Of a DNA stretch of 42,657 nucleotides, positions 20,421 to 28,730 are shown in pieces (position 1 is the stretch's first letter; each line of letters starts with the position of its first letter). This DNA comes from a virus (lineage: Duplodnaviria; Caudoviricetes), in IMG/VR virus record IMGVR_UViG_3300048886_000350, positions 1 through 42,657 of that record. One strand, given 5' to 3'. The notes beneath the pieces were generated by a model. That model saw only the letters and a list, made by a program, of their open reading frames with translations, made no database searches and was not told the DNA's origin. The position numbers were made by a program, and so were the translations under genes.

Positions 20421-20894
20421 ATGAGTGGAATAATTGGAGGAGCAGGAAGCAGGTCTGGTGTCATCGGCACTACGGAACTGGATTATGAGGAAGGGACTTG
20501 GACTCCTACTGTATCTGGTACTACTAGTGGTTCAGGTGATGTAGGTACTGGAACTTATATAAAGGTTGGTAAAGTTGTTACAATAATTTATTATGCGTCT
20601 AATGCGACCTTCCCGACTTATGAGGGAACCTTGAAAATAAGTTTACCTTTCAGTGGATCGTCTGGAGGCAGGCAGAGAGGGCCAGATTGTTTTTATTATC
20701 CTAATTCTGCATGGGATGGTTGGACTAATTTTCTTGGAATAGTTCCTAATATTAATATAAGTCTTGATTATATGTTCTTTAGTATAAAAGAAATGGATGG
20801 AGACAGACAGGATTCAATTAGTTCATCCAATTCTTCTACATCTGCTGCCTCTGGTTTGTATCTTCAATTCAGTATGAATTATATAGCTGCTTAA
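20421..20894 (+). CDS. Short tail-fibre tip/receptor-binding protein (DYEEGTWTP type)
   Basis: LDYEEGTWTP...GTYIKVGKVV...SLPF motif set typical of distal fibre domains; SD aaggag. Confidence 0.7.
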   Translation: MSGIIGGAGSRSGVIGTTELDYEEGTWTPTVSGTTSGSGDVGTGTYIKVGKVVTIIYYASNATFPTYEGTLKISLPFSGSSGGRQRGPDCFYYPNSAWDGWTNFLGIVPNINISLDYMFFSIKEMDGDRQDSISSSNSSTSAASGLYLQFSMNYIAA

Positions 20895-20918
20895 AATTTT
20901 ATTAGTCAAACGGAAAAT

Positions 20919-21146
20919 ATGCAATTAAACAAAATAGAAGTAGTCACAGACTACAAACATCTCCAGATTCGTGAGATTACAGACTCAGGTGGATATCATC
21001 GCAGAGTGCTTACTTGTGACCAAACTCTTGCAGAAGACGAGCATCAAGAAGTAAAAGACAAAGCAGAAGCAGAATGGACTGATGAAGTCAAAACTGCATG
21101 GACAACATATAAAGCTGAACAACAAGCAGAAATGGAGGCTGAATGA
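20919..21146 (+). CDS. Putative fibre-assembly chaperone, copy 1
   Basis: KIEVV.DYK.LQ.RE...HR.VL...WTDEVK.AW; paralogous to 22357-22611. Confidence 0.55.
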   Translation: MQLNKIEVVTDYKHLQIREITDSGGYHRRVLTCDQTLAEDEHQEVKDKAEAEWTDEVKTAWTTYKAEQQAEMEAE

Positions 21147-22306
21147 GCAGAGCAAGAATACTAGCAGATTACGTCAGTAGTGGTGATGAGCTGGCAGACA
21201 AGGCACCGTTAGCTAGTCCTGCATTTACTGGTACACCAACTGGTATAACTGCAACCCATGTAGGCTTGGGTAATGTAACCAATGAGTCTAAAGCTACAAT
21301 GCTTGCATCACCTACTCTTACGGGTACAGTTGCGATTCCGAATGTTGCTAACCTAGAAACGGCTGTTGTAGCTAATACAGCTAAAGTAACTAATGCTACG
21401 CACACAGGTGATGTAACAGGTGGTACGGCTCTTACTATTACAGCCGATGCAGTAGGTTCAGATGAACTTGCAAACGATGTTGTAATCAATACCTCTGGAG
21501 CAATCACTACTTCATCAACCCTTACTGTTACTGGTACTAGTGATTCCACCTGTGCAGGCAACGTATTAATTAATACTACTCAGGAATTTAATACTTTAAA
21601 TGGTAGAGGTAATCTAGTAGTTGGTTCTGGTTCTGCTAATGAAGGAATGACAATATATTCAGGTTCTGCTGGTTCTATTATGTTTGCTGATGGGACTAGC
21701 GGTGCAGACGCTTATACAGGTCAAATAAATTACGAACACTCTGATAATAGTATGGATTTCCGAACAAATGGCGGTACAGAACGTATGCATATTTCCTCTG
21801 CTGGCGATGTAACAGTAAACACAGGCAACCTAGTAATCGGTACACATGGCAAGGGTATTGATTTTAGTGCTAATACTGATGATTATGGAACACCAGCTTC
21901 GGGTGCTGAGGTGCTGGATGATTATGAGGAAGGGACTTGGACACCAACTGTAACTTATGGCACTGTACTTTGTGGTGGTAACGTTTACACAAAAGTAGGA
22001 AGATTGGTAACTGTTGGGGGTTATGTTTACTCTTTTTCTGATAATACTACAGAGAATTACGTAACTATTGGTGGATTGCCTTTCGATACGGCTTCCGGGA
22101 GTTATTCCACAGGCCCGTTGTGTGGTAGAGGCCTGCCCGAAGGTCAAGGTTTTGCGTGTAGTACTTCAAGTAATGTAGATTATTTCAGAATATTTGCTCA
22201 AGAGGGGGCGTCTTCCGGTGCTTATGATTATCTTCTACATTCTGAATTAGTATATACAGATACATATACATTAATATTCTTTAACTTTACATATTCGTCT
22301 GATTAA
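21143..22306 (+). CDS. Second tail fibre / receptor-binding protein
   Basis: APLASPAFTGTP, VGLGNVTN, ERMHISSAGDV, LDDYEEGTWTP, YTKVGRLV and GLPF motifs. Confidence 0.8.
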   Translation: MSRARILADYVSSGDELADKAPLASPAFTGTPTGITATHVGLGNVTNESKATMLASPTLTGTVAIPNVANLETAVVANTAKVTNATHTGDVTGGTALTITADAVGSDELANDVVINTSGAITTSSTLTVTGTSDSTCAGNVLINTTQEFNTLNGRGNLVVGSGSANEGMTIYSGSAGSIMFADGTSGADAYTGQINYEHSDNSMDFRTNGGTERMHISSAGDVTVNTGNLVIGTHGKGIDFSANTDDYGTPASGAEVLDDYEEGTWTPTVTYGTVLCGGNVYTKVGRLVTVGGYVYSFSDNTTENYVTIGGLPFDTASGSYSTGPLCGRGLPEGQGFACSTSSNVDYFRIFAQEGASSGAYDYLLHSELVYTDTYTLIFFNFTYSSD

Positions 22307-22356
22307 TTATGCCTAATGGATTTTAGGCACGGACATTTAACAACAAGGAGTAAGAA

Positions 22357-22611
22357 ATGGCAATAACAAAAGAAGTAAGATGTGACAAGATTGAAGTTGT
22401 AGGTGACTATAAAGCAGTCCAATGTCGTGAAGCAACAATAATTAAAGAAGATGGAGTGGAAATATCTCGTTCCTTTCATCGCCATGTCCTGCATCCTGAC
22501 TCAGATATTTCAGGTGAACCTCAAGAGACTCAGGACATTTGCAATGCAGTCTGGACAGATGCAGTGAAGGCGGCATGGACAGCAAAATTAGCAGAAGATT
22601 TACCAGAATAA
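22357..22611 (+). CDS. Putative fibre-assembly chaperone, copy 2
   Basis: DKIEVVGDYKAVQCRE...SRSFHRHVL...WTDAVKAAW; SD aaggag. Confidence 0.6.
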   Translation: MAITKEVRCDKIEVVGDYKAVQCREATIIKEDGVEISRSFHRHVLHPDSDISGEPQETQDICNAVWTDAVKAAWTAKLAEDLPE

Positions 22612-22672
22612 TCGGACATTTTTGTCCGAATTTAGGCTTATGATTGTGCCTATTTAAACAATCAGAAACAAT

Positions 22673-22687
22673 ACACACACACACACA
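22673..22687 (+). repeat. (AC)7A dinucleotide tract in front of the RBS of 22702
   Basis: ACACACACACACACA read directly from the sequence. Confidence 0.9.
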
Positions 22688-22701
22688 GGAAAGGGACAAT
22701 T

Positions 22702-22929
22702 ATGTCTAATCCATTTGAATTACGCTTTAAACTCCTAGAAATGGCTCAAAGCTATTTACAGGATCAACTAGAACGCAGTCAGAACGCTTTTTCAAGTGCA
22801 TGGTCACTTGCACAGGAACAAGGAGAAGCGAATATGAAGTTATGGAGTGAACTTCAACCCGATTCTTATTCCATTGAGGATATAAAGAAAAAAGCATCGG
22901 AACTGTATGAGTTCGTAGAAAAGAAGTAG
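22702..22929 (+). CDS. Small helical phage protein (NPFELR..LL.MA family), function unknown
   Basis: MSNPFELRFKLLEMAQ...YSIEDIKKKASELYEFV; purine-rich RBS. Confidence 0.7.
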   Translation: MSNPFELRFKLLEMAQSYLQDQLERSQNAFSSAWSLAQEQGEANMKLWSELQPDSYSIEDIKKKASELYEFVEKK

Positions 22930-22940
22930 TAGTTTAGTTT

Positions 22941-22977
22941 TAGGGTTACTTTGTTCATTGGTAATAAGGTAACCCTA
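22941..22977 (+). other. 15-bp intergenic stem-loop (processing or stability element)
   Basis: TAGGGTTACTTTGTT / AATAAGGTAACCCTA with two G-U pairs and a 7-nt loop. Confidence 0.6.
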
Positions 22978-23016
22978 TACAACCATGAAAAATAGAAGTA
23001 CAGTTCCGATATTGCA

Positions 23017-23202
23017 ATGAAAATTGAGTTAAAATTAGAGTCTGATTTAGAAGTAGAGTTTACTCCAGACTTCAACATGCCTAATAATGCACAGATAGAG
23101 AAGGTTACGTGGACTTTACCTAATCCTATAAATACTAAAACAATTCAACTACTAGATCCAGAATACTTTCTTATAGGAAAAGATGAAACAAATGAAACTT
23201 AG
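23017..23202 (+). CDS. Hypothetical protein
   Basis: 61 aa ORF filling the gap before the lysis region; weak RBS. Confidence 0.45.
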   Translation: MKIELKLESDLEVEFTPDFNMPNNAQIEKVTWTLPNPINTKTIQLLDPEYFLIGKDETNET

Positions 23203-23575
23203 TTTATTAGCTATTGGGCTACTTTTAATGAGTATAGTAGCTATAGCAGAACCTCCAATTCATGATTACTATCCACAAAGAATACAATCTCCTTCTCCAC
23301 CTCCACCTTCCGCACAAACCGCAGTAGATGATGTAATAACGATTCTGCTAGATCAGGGTTTTGCAGGAGCTATTATCGTAATTCTGTTCCTGTGGACTTA
23401 CCGAACAGATAAGAATAATAGAATCACTCAAAAAGAAAACTTCGATAAGTTCGTTGAAATTAGTGCTGAATGTTCTGCTAACATGGCATCCGTTAGTACT
23501 AGGTTAGAAAACATAGAACGAGAAATTGAAGCAACCAAACAGCTTGAAATGCTTCAAGCATCAAGAAAAGGATAA
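23183..23575 (+). CDS. Membrane protein, possible holin/lysis accessory
   Basis: N-terminal signal-like segment, Pro-rich linker, TM segment QGFAGAIIVILFLWTY and coiled-coil tail; located upstream of the endolysin. Start may be 23192. Confidence 0.5.
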   Translation: MKQMKLSLLAIGLLLMSIVAIAEPPIHDYYPQRIQSPSPPPPSAQTAVDDVITILLDQGFAGAIIVILFLWTYRTDKNNRITQKENFDKFVEISAECSANMASVSTRLENIEREIEATKQLEMLQASRKG

Positions 23576-23577
23576 TT

Positions 23578-23757
23578 ATGATTGGATTATTAGCACCATT
23601 AATAGGTGGAACAGTAAAAACACTCTGTATGAGTATGCTGAGTGAGAAGCTTTTAATTGAGGTAACCCTGATTTTATTAACAAAATTAGTAGCTTCTACG
23701 GATAATAAGCTAGACGATCAAATACTTGCAAGTTATAAAAAGTCCATAGGTAAATGA
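23578..23757 (+). CDS. 59-aa hydrophobic protein, possible holin (not in the ORF track)
   Basis: Translated by hand: MIGLLAPLIGGTVKTLCMSMLSEKLLIEVTLILLTKLVASTDNKLDDQILASYKKSIGK. Tightly packed between neighbours, with ATGA overlap at 23754. Confidence 0.6.
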   Translation: MIGLLAPLIGGTVKTLCMSMLSEKLLIEVTLILLTKLVASTDNKLDDQILASYKKSIGK

Positions 23758-24065
23758 GATTTATACTTACTGGATTACTCCTACTAATAAGTACTCAAGT
23801 CTTCCCAAAAGAAGAATTAAAGTTCTCTACTGATAAAATAAGAGCTATGTGGTTTATGTGTGCTACTCAATTCCAAAGAGTTGCACCTACTATATCTCAA
23901 GAAGAAAGAGTTAGATTGTGTGACTGCTATGTGGATCACATGAGAAGTACTTTTACTCCTGAACAAGTAACTGCTCTTACTCCTGAAGAATCTAAAAAAC
24001 TAGGAATGAAAATGAATCTTATTTGTCCAAGTGAACCACCTTTTACTTTAGAAGAATCTACATAA
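23754..24065 (+). CDS. Putative exported Cys-containing protein
   Basis: Signal-peptide-like N-terminus (MRFILTGLLLLISTQVFP) and four Cys including CDC. Confidence 0.55.
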   Translation: MRFILTGLLLLISTQVFPKEELKFSTDKIRAMWFMCATQFQRVAPTISQEERVRLCDCYVDHMRSTFTPEQVTALTPEESKKLGMKMNLICPSEPPFTLEEST

Positions 24066-24066
24066 C

Positions 24067-24450
24067 ATGGGAATATCATCAGAAAACTTTAGCAGCAAAG
24101 AGTTATCCTGCTCACATTGTGGAGAAAACAAGTTCGATCAGAAAACTTTAGATGCCTTACAAGAACTCAGAGAAGTTTTAGGAAAACCTCTTTCTCTCAG
24201 TTCTGCTTATAGATGTTCAGTACATAATGATAAAGTTAGTTCTTCAGGAACTGATGGTCCACATACCACAGGACAAGCTATAGACATTCTCTGTTCTGGA
24301 AAGTTTGCTTATAAAATCCTGAATTACGCTATGATACGTTCTAGTATCTGGAAAGGCATTGGAGTAAGTCAAAAAGGAAATCATAATTCTAGATTTCTAC
24401 ATCTTGACACAATTAAAGCCGATAATCGGCCCTGGATATGGAGTTATTAA
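24067..24450 (+). CDS. Endolysin, peptidase M15A family (Zn D-Ala-D-Ala carboxypeptidase-like)
   Basis: NFS..EL.C.HCG, SSAYRC..HN, H..G.A.D and FLHLD motifs. Confidence 0.92.
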   Translation: MGISSENFSSKELSCSHCGENKFDQKTLDALQELREVLGKPLSLSSAYRCSVHNDKVSSSGTDGPHTTGQAIDILCSGKFAYKILNYAMIRSSIWKGIGVSQKGNHNSRFLHLDTIKADNRPWIWSY

Positions 24451-24451
24451 A

Positions 24452-24685
24452 ATGAAAGATGAAGCTTTAAATTCTCTTTTTGATGCAGTAGCAGATGAAC
24501 TACTAACAAAAATCAAATCTGGAGAAGCAAAACCTGCTGACTTAGCAGTAGCTGTAAAGTTCCTAAAAGATAATAACATTACTTGTCTTCCTACAGATGG
24601 TAACTCTTTAGAAGAACTCATGAAGAGTATGCCATTTAGTGCAGATGATAAATTTTCTTATGATTCTTTTAAAGGAAGGGCATGA
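24452..24685 (+). CDS. Terminase small subunit, T7 gp18-like
   Basis: ELL.KIKSGEA.PADL.VAVKFLKDNNI motif. Start moved to ATG 24452. Confidence 0.88.
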   Translation: MKDEALNSLFDAVADELLTKIKSGEAKPADLAVAVKFLKDNNITCLPTDGNSLEELMKSMPFSADDKFSYDSFKGRA

Positions 24686-25818
24686 GTAAACAAGATTTAA
24701 AAATTCCAATCACAGAAGAAGAACTTTTCTGGAAAAATAATCCAGAACTAGCTAATGATGCAGTAGTAGATCCTCGTAAAGAAACAGTAGTTAGTGGTCA
24801 AAACTTACCTGAATTTGTTAAAAATCTTCCTGCAAAAGCAATAAAAAATCTAGGTAAAACCACTCCTTTAGGAAGAATAGGTGTGTCCTTAATTAATCCT
24901 CCTAGAGTTGGTGAACAAGTTATTACTAATGAAGAAGGAGATTTTATAAGAGATACTAGACCACATGAAAAAAAAGCAATAAAAGATTACCATACAGATC
25001 CTAAAAGAGCCTCATACAATAAAAAAACAAAAAGATGGCATGATGTTCCTATTCAAGCTTTCTCTCAGAACACAGGAAAAGTAGTAATAAAAGATCCAAT
25101 CCTACAGAGACTTAATTTAGATTTATGGGGAAAGAACAGTTCAGGACAACAAGGTTTAATTGTAGATAAAAAAGGAAAACCAGTTGTATTTGGACATGGA
25201 ACTCCATATAAAATAAAAGGAACTTTAGATCCTTCCAAAACTACAAGAAGATCTGAATTTAAAGGTGTATATACTTCTACTATAGAAAGTGAGTTTCCTA
25301 AATACATGAAAGGACAGGAAGGAGAGTTTACAGAACACTCAAATGTTCATAAGCTTTTCCTGAGAATGTATAATCCCTTAAAACTTGTTTCTCCAGAAGG
25401 AGAAGTTGGAATGGATTCATTTGCTATGAGTGAAGGAGATTCTCAGATTGTTTCCGAAGGTCTAATAAGATTAAGAATGGAACTTGAATCTCTTGATCTT
25501 ACTAATCCTACCCATAGTTCAGATATTTCAAAAATAAAATCTGAAGCTATTTTTCTTAGAACTCCAGCAGAAGTGGAAAAATATTTATATTCTTTAGACA
25601 GTGGATTAGAACTCACAGAATTTTTCCAAGGTTTAGGTTATGATGGTGTTCTTCAACAAAGTATTCCTCATGGAGAAAATGAATATACCGAAGCTATCCT
25701 ATTTAATAAGGGAAATGTTAAATCTGCTACCGATAATAAAGGAACTTTCTTAGAAAATGATGATTTAATGTCAAAAACTAAGAAAAAACGAAAAAAAGAT
25801 CTTCAAATAGTGGCTTAA
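24682..25818 (+). CDS. Protein with C-terminal ADP-ribosyltransferase-like (ART-PolyVal-type) domain
   Basis: IVDKKGKPVVFGHGT, GVYTS, NVHKLFLRMYNPL, GYDGV and EAILFNKGNVKSATDNKGTF follow the ART-PolyVal motif order. Confidence 0.7.
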   Translation: MSKQDLKIPITEEELFWKNNPELANDAVVDPRKETVVSGQNLPEFVKNLPAKAIKNLGKTTPLGRIGVSLINPPRVGEQVITNEEGDFIRDTRPHEKKAIKDYHTDPKRASYNKKTKRWHDVPIQAFSQNTGKVVIKDPILQRLNLDLWGKNSSGQQGLIVDKKGKPVVFGHGTPYKIKGTLDPSKTTRRSEFKGVYTSTIESEFPKYMKGQEGEFTEHSNVHKLFLRMYNPLKLVSPEGEVGMDSFAMSEGDSQIVSEGLIRLRMELESLDLTNPTHSSDISKIKSEAIFLRTPAEVEKYLYSLDSGLELTEFFQGLGYDGVLQQSIPHGENEYTEAILFNKGNVKSATDNKGTFLENDDLMSKTKKKRKKDLQIVA

Positions 25819-25910
25819 ATAGAAAGAAAACTACTTACTAACCCATTCATATCAGATAAACCTTTTCTTCTCATACAGAGCGATCTCAGTACTCTCAGAG
25901 CTATACCTAT

Positions 25911-27590
25911 ATGAAAACCAAAAAAGAACCTAAAAATCCTTTACTTGACTTCAGGAACTTTGTTTTTTTGGTTTGGCAGCATCTAAACCTTCCAGATCCT
26001 ACTCCTGTTCAGTATGATATGGCTGAATATCTTCAATATGCTCCTAAAAGAGCAGTCATAGAAGCTTTCAGAGGAGTTGGGAAAAGTTATATTACTTCTG
26101 CATTTGTATGTTGGAAATTACTTCTAGATTCTGAAACTAAAGTCTTGGTGGTTTCTGCTTCTAAAGTTAGATCTGATGACTTCTCAACCTTTACACAGAG
26201 ATTGATAAATGAATTACCAATACTACACCATCTAAAATCTAGAGAAGGACAAAGACAAAGTAAGGTAGCATTTGACGTTGGTCCCTGCCAAGCTAGTCAT
26301 AGTCCAAGCGTAAAGTCTGTAGGAATCACTGGACAACTTTCAGGTTCCAGAGCAGACATAATAGTTGCTGATGACGTTGAAGTTCCAAATAACTCAATGA
26401 CTCAGACAATGAGAGATAAACTTTCAGAAGCAGTAAAAGAGTTTGATGCAGTACTAAAACCCGATGGTAGCATTGTCTACCTTGGTACTCCTCAGACAGA
26501 AATGAGTCTTTATGAAACACTTCCTGAAAGAGGTTATGAAGTTAGGATCTGGCCTAGTCGCTATCCTGACGAAAAACAAGTTATTAGATATTCAAATAAA
26601 CTTGCTCCATTTATTCAAGATAAGCTTGATCGTGGTTCTATTGTTGGAGATCCTACTGATCCACTCCGCTTTGATGCCGAAGACCTATTGGAGCGAGAAC
26701 TTTCTTATGGTAGATCAGGCTTTGCTCTCCAGTTTCAATTAGATACAAGTCTTTCTGATGCAGATAAGTACCCATTAAAGTTGAGTGACCTTATAATAAT
26801 GGGCGTAGATTCTACTAAGGCACCTGAAAAACCCGTATGGACAAGAGATCCAAGAAATAAACTTATTGATCTTCCAAACGTAGGACTTCCAGGTGACTTC
26901 TTCTATTCTCCAGAAACTAAACTCGGAGATTGGATTGAGTACTCCGGTTCTGTTCTTTCCATAGATCCAAGTGGAAGAGGAAAAGACGAAACTGGATATG
27001 CAGTAGTGAAGATGCTGAATGGTTATTTATATGTCTCAGAGTGTGGAGGACTCAGAGGTGGTTATAAGAATGAAAACCTTGAAGCTCTTTCTGTAATTGC
27101 AAAACGTAATGATGTAAACCTTATCCTAATAGAGTCTAACTTTGGAGATGGGATGTTCATGGAACTCCTGAAACCAATTCTTAGGAAAATTCACAATGTT
27201 ACTATAGAAGAAATAAGAAGTAATGTTCAGAAAGAGAAAAGGATTATTGATACCTTAGAACCTGTCATGAACCAACATAGGCTTGTGATTGATCCTAAGA
27301 TCATTGAAAAGGATTATAATACTATTCAAGATTATCCTGTTGAAACTCAATGCAGATATATGCTCTTTCACCAGATGACAAGAATTACAAAAGAAAAAGG
27401 AGCCTTGATCCATGACGATAGACTTGATGCTTTACAAATGGCAGTCCAATACTGGGTTGACTTCATGGCAGCAGATGCTGAGATGGAGATACAGACACGA
27501 AAAGAAGAACTCCTAGATATAGAAATAGAAAACTTTATAAATGGTGTTATGAATAAAAAAGACATAGACTCAACTCCTGTTTGGATGTAA
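25911..27590 (+). CDS. Terminase large subunit, T7 gp19-like
   Basis: AFRGVGKS Walker A, GSRADIIVADDVE Walker B, YLGTPQ, IDPSGRGKDETG nuclease motif and HDDRLDAL. Confidence 0.98.
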   Translation: MKTKKEPKNPLLDFRNFVFLVWQHLNLPDPTPVQYDMAEYLQYAPKRAVIEAFRGVGKSYITSAFVCWKLLLDSETKVLVVSASKVRSDDFSTFTQRLINELPILHHLKSREGQRQSKVAFDVGPCQASHSPSVKSVGITGQLSGSRADIIVADDVEVPNNSMTQTMRDKLSEAVKEFDAVLKPDGSIVYLGTPQTEMSLYETLPERGYEVRIWPSRYPDEKQVIRYSNKLAPFIQDKLDRGSIVGDPTDPLRFDAEDLLERELSYGRSGFALQFQLDTSLSDADKYPLKLSDLIIMGVDSTKAPEKPVWTRDPRNKLIDLPNVGLPGDFFYSPETKLGDWIEYSGSVLSIDPSGRGKDETGYAVVKMLNGYLYVSECGGLRGGYKNENLEALSVIAKRNDVNLILIESNFGDGMFMELLKPILRKIHNVTIEEIRSNVQKEKRIIDTLEPVMNQHRLVIDPKIIEKDYNTIQDYPVETQCRYMLFHQMTRITKEKGALIHDDRLDALQMAVQYWVDFMAADAEMEIQTRKEELLDIEIENFINGVMNKKDIDSTPVWM

Positions 27591-27615
27591 TTAACTTAAC
27601 ATAATATACAATTCT

Positions 27616-27632
27616 CCTACTCTAGATATGGG
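27616..27632 (+). promoter_or_regulatory. Putative phage RNA polymerase promoter (copy after terminase)
   Basis: CCTACTCTAGATAT is identical to 36047-36060, is intergenic and is followed by GGG. Position resembles the T7 right-end promoter. Confidence 0.6.
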
Positions 27633-27706
27633 CTGGTTATAATACCTATTGTTCCCTCTTTCTTAGACTTCGGATAGATATGAACCTTTAACACCAGGAA
27701 CCACCA

Positions 27707-27826
27707 ATGGCAGGAATCAAAAACAGAGGGAGTCAGATTCATAAAGTAAAAACTAAATTTAAACGAAAGAAGTATAACTTTAGAATTGACTCTAGAAGAA
27801 ATAGAATATTTAGAGAAAAATTCTGA
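27707..27826 (+). CDS. Small basic hypothetical protein (39 aa)
   Basis: MAGIKNRGSQIHKVKTKFKRKKYNFRIDSRRNRIFREKF with upstream CAGGAA, downstream of the putative promoter. Confidence 0.35.
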   Translation: MAGIKNRGSQIHKVKTKFKRKKYNFRIDSRRNRIFREKF

Positions 27827-27970
27827 GGTAGTGGATCGATAGTGATCGGAGCTTTTTCCCCCATTTAATTCCTGCGATCCATTTTATTAGCATCGGCTAA
27901 TTTTAAAAATTAGTACCATGTAATCGGCTGCAGTAGCACAGGCTAACAACAAAAGTTAGTAGACACTAAT

Positions 27971-28113
27971 AAATCTCAGGATTTCTCAGGAAACTTTGGC
28001 ACGAACTTTGCAATTCCATATTTTATACCAAACGGATTCAAACTTTTTCTGAGAATTTCTGAGAAATCCTGAGTTGATTGAGTATATATTGAATCATCCT
28101 GAGAATTTCTGAG
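27971..28113. repeat. Array of 10-bp-phased CTCAG/CTGAG repeats in the probable genome-end region
   Basis: CTCAG at 27975 and 27985; CTGAG at 28049, 28059, 28069, 28099 and 28109. CTCAGGATTTCTCAG is the exact reverse complement of CTGAGAAATCCTGAG (28059-28073). Confidence 0.8.
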
Positions 28114-28372
28114 CTTGTCTGTCTTTTTTATCTGTGTTTTTTCTCAAATACCTCAAAATCGCTCTAAACAGCATTAAATCGCTCTGTATCGCAATGTAAT
28201 GCCAAACAGATACTATCACATAGGCTGTAGTCGTTCCTTGTCATTTCCGATAAACTACACGTTTGTAGGACTTTGTATATATCAAATCAATCAATTTTCT
28301 CTGTATTTCATCTAATTTCTTTAATGATATCAGTATTTAACGTAATTAATTCACTTTTTTAAAAAAAAACAC

Positions 28373-28401
28373 TTGACATTTTCTTAACTTATCGTTATAC
28401 T
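28373..28401 (+). promoter_or_regulatory. Early sigma70 promoter 1
   Basis: TTGACA (28373-28378), 17-bp spacer, TATACT (28396-28401), with T6A9 UP-like tract upstream. Confidence 0.9.
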
Positions 28402-28445
28402 TGAAGCTCAATAATTAATTGGTTCAACTCTAAACGGAGCACATC

Positions 28446-28655
28446 ATGAATGAGAAAGTAACAAGTCGAGTCTGGAAAGATGAAAGACATATAAAAGGGA
28501 GTGAGTACTCTCAGGAAGTCAAAAACGTGAAAGCTTTTGCAAGTTATCACCAAAACCCGAAACAGAATTTTAGATCTAGAAAAAACAACGGAGTTTGCAA
28601 AAGACTTTCAAAAGCTGAGATTCAGGCATTTGAAGCCAAGTTAAAAAATAATTAA
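28446..28655 (+). CDS. Early hypothetical protein
   Basis: First ORF after promoter 1; RBS AACGGAGCACATC-ATG. Confidence 0.75.
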   Translation: MNEKVTSRVWKDERHIKGSEYSQEVKNVKAFASYHQNPKQNFRSRKNNGVCKRLSKAEIQAFEAKLKNN

Positions 28656-28663
28656 TATTTAAC

Positions 28664-28691
28664 TTGACAAAGTTGAACTAAACGCTATACT
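28664..28691 (+). promoter_or_regulatory. Early sigma70 promoter 2
   Basis: TTGACA (28664-28669), 16-bp spacer, TATACT (28686-28691), AT-rich upstream. Confidence 0.85.
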
Positions 28692-28730
28692 TAATGACAT
28701 CAACTAGTACTAACCCAAACGGAGAACATC

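Noticed and set aside
20421-22306. Diversity-generating retroelement or invertase shufflon acting on fibre tips
   Set aside because: No reverse transcriptase or recombinase in the window, no template/variable repeat pair with adenine-specific differences, and the repeats are direct rather than inverted.
25873-25884. 12-bp inverted match to 28178-28189 (ATACAGAGCGAT)
   Set aside because: 12-bp matches are expected by chance many times in a 42-kb genome; not significant alone.
27971-28113. CRISPR or mini-CRISPR array
   Set aside because: Units are about 10 bp, with no 25-40 bp repeats or unique spacers; no cas genes.
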